From: a virus
Virus record (IMG/VR): IMGVR_UViG_2802429105_000002
Span: 1,455-65,454 of that record
Direction: 5' to 3' (one strand)
Length of the DNA stretch: 64,000 bases
Of the stretch, positions 58,417-64,000 are shown in pieces. How positions within the stretch are numbered: the first letter of the stretch is position 1; every line of letters starts with the position of its first letter. Under the pieces are notes generated by a model. The model did not search any database and was not told the origin of the DNA. It was given only the letters and a program-made list of their open reading frames with translations. The translations under genes and the position numbers were made by a program.

Positions 58417-58556
58417 TTCACGCCGCCTGTGCGCGCCTTACGCGCTTTGCGCCGTAGGCGGCTTCGCTGCGGTTTGACCTTGCCGACGCGACGGGCAATC
58501 CGGCGACGCTGCGCGCGTCCGGGCACCGGGAACCACTTCCCGTCACCGGTGTCCAT
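58413..58556 (-). CDS. Arg-rich small protein (47 aa)
   Basis: Read manually: MDTGDGKWFPVPGRAQRRRIARRVGKVKPQRSRLRRKARKARTGGVK; overlaps both neighbours. Confidence 0.5.
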   Translation of the reverse strand: MDTGDGKWFPVPGRAQRRRIARRVGKVKPQRSRLRRKARKARTGGVK

Positions 58557-59002
58557 CAGAAGTCCTCGTATTTCTTGACGTACTTCTGCGGAATCTCGCC
58601 GGTCTTGATCAGTGCCTTAAGGATCTTGAGCACCTGCTTTGTTGACCAAGCCTCACAGAAGACGATGTTTGATGTCTCACGGTCCAGACCCAAAATCTCC
58701 CGTGCTCGATCGGCAATGAAGTGCACTTCGCCGTCTTCGCTACGCACAAAGTCGGCGGTCACTTTGCTTGGTGCACCCATTAATTCGAATCGAGAGATCG
58801 AGAACTTGTCGCCTTCCATCTGGCAAGCCCAGCCAGCCACACACGCGGCGGTACCGCACGAAACCTCAACTGGTCCACCATCTTCGGTCTTGGGTAGCTC
58901 GGAGGTATCGAACTGTGCCCAGTACCTCTGGACGTGCTTGGTGGGGTCTAACTTGATCAGATCGCGGATCGCCTTCAAACGCTCCACATTGAGTTCAGGC
59001 AT
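58556..59002 (-). CDS. Hypothetical protein
   Basis: CGTAACVAGWA motif; RBS GAGGGAG. Confidence 0.7.
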   Translation of the reverse strand: MPELNVERLKAIRDLIKLDPTKHVQRYWAQFDTSELPKTEDGGPVEVSCGTAACVAGWACQMEGDKFSISRFELMGAPSKVTADFVRSEDGEVHFIADRAREILGLDRETSNIVFCEAWSTKQVLKILKALIKTGEIPQKYVKKYEDF

Positions 59003-59030
59003 GCTTCTCCCTCATAGGTGAGTAGATACG

Positions 59031-59068
59031 AGAAAAGCCGACCAGCACCCCCCCGAGGCTGGTCGGCT
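59031..59068 (-). terminator. Intrinsic terminator after the RNA array
   Basis: 11-bp perfect stem AGCCGACCAGC/GCTGGTCGGCT followed by a T-run on the minus strand. Confidence 0.8.
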
Positions 59069-59084
59069 CACAACGCGGTCTAAC

Positions 59085-59143
59085 AGGACACACATTTTTG
59101 ATATTGAATGCAATCAATGATGTGAAGTTGCTGTTTATGTCCT
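59085..59143 (-). ncRNA. Y-RNA-like unit 3
   Basis: AGGACAUA/UGUGUCCU terminal stem, then AACAGCAACU, AU-rich loop. Confidence 0.65.
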
Positions 59144-59157
59144 CAACCGCATATAAC

Positions 59158-59279
59158 TGGACCCTTGGTTTGATAACGGCGCTCTACCCTTGAGCTACAC
59201 CCGCCTTCACGGCGGGGACAGGACTCGAACCTGCATCTCCGGCTTTACTATGCAATCGTTTAGTTGCTGTAAAGGTCCA
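59158..59279 (-). ncRNA. Y-RNA-like unit 2 with permuted tRNA-like module (YrlA-like topology)
   Basis: UGGACCUUU/AAGGGUCCA stem, ACAGCAACU, then T arm, loop-closed acceptor stem, D arm. Confidence 0.8.
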
Positions 59280-59282
59280 CAC

Positions 59283-59339
59283 TGGACGCATTATGTTTTC
59301 ACCAAATTGAAAAGTTTATTGAGTTGCTGTCTGCGTCCA
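59283..59339 (-). ncRNA. Y-RNA-like unit 1
   Basis: UGGACGCA/UGCGUCCA perfect stem, then GACAGCAACU, AU-rich loop. Confidence 0.65.
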
Positions 59340-59387
59340 CAACCATCTTTACCGTAACACTGGGGGGACGACAGTCCCAACCAGTGC

Positions 59388-59525
59388 TCACAACAAATTC
59401 AGTCGATCATCGAGCCAGTCAATGATCTTGCATGCTGTCCCCAGCACTAAGTAGCCCAGGACGGAAACCGCCACCACGCCGGCGCACAGCAGGCCCAGAG
59501 CCCCGAGCACGCCGAGAAAAATCAC
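59388..59525 (-). CDS. Small single-TM protein (45 aa)
   Basis: Read manually: GTGA overlap with the DUF2828 stop; MIFLGVLGALGLLCAGVVAVSVLGYLVLG... Confidence 0.5.
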   Translation of the reverse strand: MIFLGVLGALGLLCAGVVAVSVLGYLVLGTACKIIDWLDDRLNLL

Positions 59526-60958
59526 AGGACAATCCGTTCGTAGCGTGGACCGTTGACCACCGAATCCACCAGCTCACGCGGGGTCTTACCCTCCACGGCC
59601 TGGCTGAACGTCGTAGGCGAGAACCCGGACACCAGCGTCACGTTGCCGTCATGGGCAAGGGCGGGCTGGTTGCCGATGCGCCCGTTGACATTCCAGAACA
59701 CGATGTGCGGCAGATTCCACCCGTGACGGGCGAACTCAGCCTTCGCGGCCTGGAAAATCGTTGTCCACCCATGCCCACGCTGTAGCGGTGATGCCTGGTC
59801 GAACTCCATGTCGGACACGATGTACAACGTCTTGGGCACACTGCCTGAACGGATACCGGCCTGCAAGATCGCATCGAGTGCGGCAACGATGTTCGTGTTG
59901 TAGCCCCACGACGACCGCTCGATACTGCGCAACTTGTCATGCAGGTTTGCCCCGGTCACGGTCACAAGCTCCGGCTTCTCAGAAAACGTCATGAAGTAGC
60001 CGTTGTACGGACCGGTGTTGCGTTCGGCGAAATACAGTGCCAAAGACACCGATACCGACATCGGACGGCCACGCATCGACCCGGACACGTCGGCCATGAC
60101 GATTGCCTCATCACCGCGCGTGTAGTCCGGCAGGTTCTTCCACAACGCATTAGCTGCCGATGCCTCGCCGTGCCGGTGAGCCATTTCGTACAGCTCGTAC
60201 GGGTACAGCGTGGACGTATTGGCCTTGGCCTGGCCGCGTTCCAAAGACTCCAGATACTTCGCGTAGCGGCCATCGGTATTGCGCCAAAACGCCTTCACAT
60301 GCCGACGATGCGCCTGCCCTGGCAGCTTGGAAAAGTCGATCTTGTCCCAGTTCTTGGCCGACATGTCCGTCTCAAGTAGCCCAAGCCGATTGCGCAGCGC
60401 CGACAACAGCTTGCGGTACGTACGCTGATCCAACCCGAGTCGCTTGCGAAGGCTGATCTGCAACTTGCGGCGCTGGGCACTCTTGACCGAATCTGAGGGC
60501 AACCACTTGGCCAGCAGCGACATAGCCTGACCGGCGTTCGCGTTCACTGCGTCTTGCTCAAGCTGATTCGCGATCAGGTACGCCATGCCGTCAGTGACGT
60601 TCGCGCCGTCGTAGAAGATGTCATCCCAGCGCCCGTACTCGGGCACGTGAACCAACAGCTTCTCAGCCAACGCCGCATCCATGATCGCCAGAGTGCGGTA
60701 GCACTCACGGAACACGCTGCGCTCACCTTGCCCGCCGCGCACGTCGCGCAGATAGAACAGGGTACGAATCGCCGTCTGCCGGTCGAACCGGAACGCCTTC
60801 TCGAACAGCTGCGCGGCCTGCTTCTCCTTGCCGCGCATCGCTCCCGCTGCGCTAAAGAAGTCCACGACGGGATCAAGGCTCGACGTGTTGGTCACAGCAC
60901 CGTTGGCGGTGCGCCCAAAGTTATTGCCGCGCTGTAGTTCCTGAATGAAGGTGCTCAT
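59522..60958 (-). CDS. DUF2828-family TROVE/Ro60-like vWA protein
   Basis: RTANGA, RDVRGGQGER, YGRWDD, LAKWLPS, DVSGSM MIDAS, SDMEFD, IVFWNV, LVSGFS. Confidence 0.85.
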   Translation of the reverse strand: MSTFIQELQRGNNFGRTANGAVTNTSSLDPVVDFFSAAGAMRGKEKQAAQLFEKAFRFDRQTAIRTLFYLRDVRGGQGERSVFRECYRTLAIMDAALAEKLLVHVPEYGRWDDIFYDGANVTDGMAYLIANQLEQDAVNANAGQAMSLLAKWLPSDSVKSAQRRKLQISLRKRLGLDQRTYRKLLSALRNRLGLLETDMSAKNWDKIDFSKLPGQAHRRHVKAFWRNTDGRYAKYLESLERGQAKANTSTLYPYELYEMAHRHGEASAANALWKNLPDYTRGDEAIVMADVSGSMRGRPMSVSVSLALYFAERNTGPYNGYFMTFSEKPELVTVTGANLHDKLRSIERSSWGYNTNIVAALDAILQAGIRSGSVPKTLYIVSDMEFDQASPLQRGHGWTTIFQAAKAEFARHGWNLPHIVFWNVNGRIGNQPALAHDGNVTLVSGFSPTTFSQAVEGKTPRELVDSVVNGPRYERIVL

Positions 60959-61275
60959 AGCAGTTCGTGCTCCTGAAAGTGTTTCTCATAAGTGCCGGCA
61001 GACTGATTCACCAGCGCGTTGCTCTGCGCGGACAGCAGCAGGTACGTGCCGGGCTGCATCTTGGCACCGTTGACGTACACGTACTCAAGTGAACCGTCTG
61101 CACCGAACTTGACTTTCATGGTCACCGGATTACCGGTTCCCTCAGCGAGTTTCGACGCGATCTGCGACACCGCACCCAAGTTGCGGCCCGTGATCTTTGT
61201 CGAGAACGGAAGTGTGATCGCGCGGTGCAGTGCGCGTTTGAGTCCGGGAATAGCCAGGGTTTTGTTCTTGCTCAT
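60955..61275 (-). CDS. Hypothetical protein
   Basis: ATGA overlaps on both sides. Confidence 0.6.
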   Translation of the reverse strand: MSKNKTLAIPGLKRALHRAITLPFSTKITGRNLGAVSQIASKLAEGTGNPVTMKVKFGADGSLEYVYVNGAKMQPGTYLLLSAQSNALVNQSAGTYEKHFQEHELL

Positions 61276-61484
61276 TGCTTACTCCAATCACAGGACAGCC
61301 CGCCCTTTTGGTAGTCCCGGTACACAACGCATGTCCGTGGAATGTGATCCACGTCGATGTGCGCAACGGTGAGATCCGGGTCGGTCGTGTTCGTACGCTG
61401 GCCGCTGACATCACACCCGACTAGTAGGCCGGTGAGACCGGCAGCGATAACGCCACCGGCCACCAGCATCTTCGCGCGGATCAA
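61272..61484 (-). CDS. Small lipoprotein
   Basis: LVGC lipobox; C-terminal GGLSCDW. Confidence 0.6.
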   Translation of the reverse strand: MIRAKMLVAGGVIAAGLTGLLVGCDVSGQRTNTTDPDLTVAHIDVDHIPRTCVVYRDYQKGGLSCDWSKQ

Positions 61485-62383
61485 CGCGCCCCCACCTGCT
61501 GCGGCACAACGTAAGTCGGCTGATACGGGTTACCGCCCTGACCGATCAACTGCGCCCGCAGATACGACTCGATATCGGGGAAGCCAGCAATCTCGGCCTG
61601 CTTCTGCAATGCCTGCTGACGCGCAACCTCAGTCTGCGACTGCGCAGCCTTCACCTCGGCGTCGGCGGCAGCCTTCTTGGCGTTGGCCTCGGCCACACTG
61701 GACTGCTCCTTGTTGATCGCAGACTTGAGATTGGAATCCACGGGCTCGGGCTTCAACACGGTCACCTGAAAATTGGTGAAGTACTCCTGGCCATCGGTGC
61801 GCGCCTTGGACGCATTCGGCAGGTTGGCCTTAAGTGCGTTCTGGAACTCCACGCGCACCTTCTCGTCGTTCCAAATCTGACGCCACGTGTACTTTTGCGC
61901 CACCTGCGTAAGAGTCTGCTCAAGTGGCTGCCCGACAACGTAGTTCACCAACTGCACCCAGCCGTCGGACTGGCTGCCGTCGTCCTTGAGCCAGCCCTGA
62001 TACTTCGTGCCGAAATCCCGGTGGAACTGAGAGAGCTTCTCGCAGTCGGTGGTGAGGTCCATCGTCACCACGACAGGCACCTTCAACTCTGCCGGAGCCT
62101 CAGCGCTGGACACCACCACGTACGGTGCATGCTCGGAACCCTGAACTCCGGTGGCGTCCCAACTGATCTGGCGGGCCGGGTAGCGGTACACGTTGACCGC
62201 GCCGCCGTAGGTCTTGGAGGTTTCGGCCTGGCGGCACTCCAGCACCTTGGGGTCGGTCGGGATCATCACGTAGTCATCCACGATGACGGCAGTCTGGCCG
62301 GCAGGAACCTGCGCCATGGTGCAGGCCGACATGGTGATGGCAGCCGCAGCGGCCATGCCGAATACAGCGAGCTTGGAATTCAT
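61481..62383 (-). CDS. SPFH / band-7 domain lipoprotein
   Basis: MSAC lipobox, central SPFH-like region, C-terminal Ala/Gln coiled coil. Confidence 0.75.
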   Translation of the reverse strand: MNSKLAVFGMAAAAAITMSACTMAQVPAGQTAVIVDDYVMIPTDPKVLECRQAETSKTYGGAVNVYRYPARQISWDATGVQGSEHAPYVVVSSAEAPAELKVPVVVTMDLTTDCEKLSQFHRDFGTKYQGWLKDDGSQSDGWVQLVNYVVGQPLEQTLTQVAQKYTWRQIWNDEKVRVEFQNALKANLPNASKARTDGQEYFTNFQVTVLKPEPVDSNLKSAINKEQSSVAEANAKKAAADAEVKAAQSQTEVARQQALQKQAEIAGFPDIESYLRAQLIGQGGNPYQPTYVVPQQVGAR

Positions 62384-62637
62384 CGGTGGTAGTTACCCTT
62401 CATATAGTCATTGAGTGAATCGTTGATTTGTTCTTGACGCCTCATGTCGTACTGCTCTTGTTCGCGTGCGAGCAGTTTCCTGGCGTGTGCTTGACGCTCA
62501 GAACGCGGCAGCCACAGCACCGGATCGTTCAAGCCTTTGACTTTTCGCTTCCACGCCTGGCGGCTCAGCGTCACCCACACCGAGTAGACGACCAACGCGA
62601 GAAGGCCCAGGACAGCGAGCAGCAGTAGGGCTCTCAT
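62380..62637 (-). CDS. Small membrane protein
   Basis: N-terminal TM; coupled to the SPFH gene. Confidence 0.6.
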   Translation of the reverse strand: MRALLLLAVLGLLALVVYSVWVTLSRQAWKRKVKGLNDPVLWLPRSERQAHARKLLAREQEQYDMRRQEQINDSLNDYMKGNYHR

Positions 62638-62775
62638 CAGATCGTCCTAAGCGGCGGCGCGAACCCGAGTTCTGTTATCTCCTGGCACACCGCAGCCCGT
62701 TGCTCGACGAGCGTGGTGATCTGGGCGTCAATCTGACCGATTATCTCGGTCAGCATTGTGCGTTCCACCCATTTC

Positions 62776-63090
62776 TCACTTGCTTTCATCTTGAATGAAC
62801 CTCACCAGTGCGCGCCAATACTTTTGAGCTTCGGGAGTCATGTTCTCGACCGTGGCCCCGTGAGAGACAGGGCTTTCCGCGTGTGCGTGTGCACGCGCGC
62901 GGTCGATCAGCTGATCGAGTTCGACGGCCAAGAACCGTTGCGCCGCCATGCAGTCGGACAAATACTGCAAGCAGTGCTCGACGTCCTTGTCCAGACTTGA
63001 CGGTCCCAGTTTTCTGGTCCCCACCTTGATCTGGCCGCTGTAGCGGGCGACAGGCCCGCTAGGTTCGGGCAGGTCCACTGATGCCGTCAT
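62776..63090 (-). CDS. Hypothetical protein
   Basis: ORF behind AAAGGTGA. Confidence 0.5.
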   Translation of the reverse strand: MTASVDLPEPSGPVARYSGQIKVGTRKLGPSSLDKDVEHCLQYLSDCMAAQRFLAVELDQLIDRARAHAHAESPVSHGATVENMTPEAQKYWRALVRFIQDESK

Positions 63091-63937
63091 CGGATCTCAC
63101 CTTTCGTTCCATAAACAGTGTGTTTGCATCGAGAGTTGTTCCGTCGCAATCCAGCCCAGACACATACATGCGGTGCGGCCCGTACCAGCTCTGGTAGCGC
63201 ACGTGGTAGTGGCCGTGGAAGAACATCGTCGGATTAACGGCGTCCACGACGCGGGCGACCTTGCGTCGATGTTCTTCGCTTGCCACCAACTGATCTATCG
63301 GGAATTGACCGCCCTTGTGCGCCGGACCGATGCCAGGGATGTCCACGCCGAACGGGGCGTCATGGGCCACGATCACATCCACGTTGCCGGGTCGGCACGC
63401 ATAGGCGATCTGCTCGCCGCTCAAGGTTTCCCCCGGCCACCACGAGACACCCTCGCGCCGCCACGGCCTGTCCACCGAGTACGCGCCACCGAGAGCCATC
63501 CACGTCATGCCCCACCAGTCCCAACGAAACCCACGCGGCAGATGCGTGATTCGCGGAAACTCCGCAAGTGTCAACGCTGCTGTGCCCGGCGTGTTTTCGA
63601 TGCACGAATGGTCCTCGTGGTTGCCGTCGATCCAGTACAGGTCGATGCCGCATTCGGCAAGAGCGCGGTGCAGGACCCGCATGTACTTGCGGGTGTCCAG
63701 ACCTTCTATGCCGTCTCGCCAGTACCCGAAGTCTCCGAGCTGGAGGATCGTGTCTGCCCCATTGCGTTTGGCGTGGTGTACCGCCTTGACCGCCCACATG
63801 GCGCTGCCATGCCAGTCACCAGCGAGCATCAGTTTGGATGGTTCTTTCACTGCCGCCCCCTGCGGCGCGACATACCGCGTCCACACGTGGGCAAGATGCC
63901 CTTCTCCGAGGCGAAGCAGTGCAAGTGCAACTGCCAT
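63059..63937 (-). CDS. Metallophosphoesterase (calcineurin-like)
   Basis: GDWHG, LGDFG, DGNHED, HDAP, HGHYH; true start probably near 63850. Confidence 0.88.
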   Translation of the reverse strand: MAVALALLRLGEGHLAHVWTRYVAPQGAAVKEPSKLMLAGDWHGSAMWAVKAVHHAKRNGADTILQLGDFGYWRDGIEGLDTRKYMRVLHRALAECGIDLYWIDGNHEDHSCIENTPGTAALTLAEFPRITHLPRGFRWDWWGMTWMALGGAYSVDRPWRREGVSWWPGETLSGEQIAYACRPGNVDVIVAHDAPFGVDIPGIGPAHKGGQFPIDQLVASEEHRRKVARVVDAVNPTMFFHGHYHVRYQSWYGPHRMYVSGLDCDGTTLDANTLFMERKVRSDDGISGPART

Positions 63938-64000
63938 TCATCGCGGTAGGACGCACCGCAATTGAGCGGGCACATAAACGAGTACATTCCGATTTCCCCT

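Noticed and set aside
59176..59243. Ordinary tRNA gene or attachment-site tRNA fragment
   Set aside because: Arms are in permuted order (T, acceptor, D) with no anticodon loop.
59085..59339. CRISPR array interpretation of the three repeated units
   Set aside because: The shared sequence is only about 9 nt plus end-pairing stems, unit lengths differ (57-122 nt), and there are no cas genes; a structured-RNA reading fits better.

Overview
The window is most of a temperate mycobacteriophage or prophage (siphovirus), inferred from gene content; its layout resembles cluster M / Mycobacterium abscessus MabI-type prophages. Nearly everything is on the minus strand. In coordinate order: the start of a WXG100 / ESX-secreted polymorphic toxin cassette (1-690, cut off by the window edge); lysis genes; minor tails, tape measure, tail chaperone with a -1 frameshift, major tail, head-tail, capsid, portal and terminase (877-28446); a non-coding, probable genome-end region; a short plus-strand cassette of small genes with repeated promoter-like motifs (29180-32121); 17 minus-strand tRNA genes interspersed with accessory genes (32200-37702); and a long replication / nucleic-acid-metabolism arm (HNH, DnaQ-like exonuclease, RNA ligase, SSB, WhiB, RusA, polynucleotide kinase-phosphatase, NAMPT-like plus PRPP-synthetase-like pair, DnaB, ERF, antirepressor, exonuclease, SPFH, metallophosphoesterase). 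The most unusual element is at 59031-60958: a DUF2828 (TROVE/Ro60-like vWA) gene followed by three tandem small structured RNA units. Each unit has its own terminal stem followed by an invariant ACAGCAACU, one carries a circularly permuted tRNA-like module, and the array ends in an intrinsic terminator. No integrase or repressor is recognisable in the window. All family assignments come from motif recognition by eye; no searches were run.
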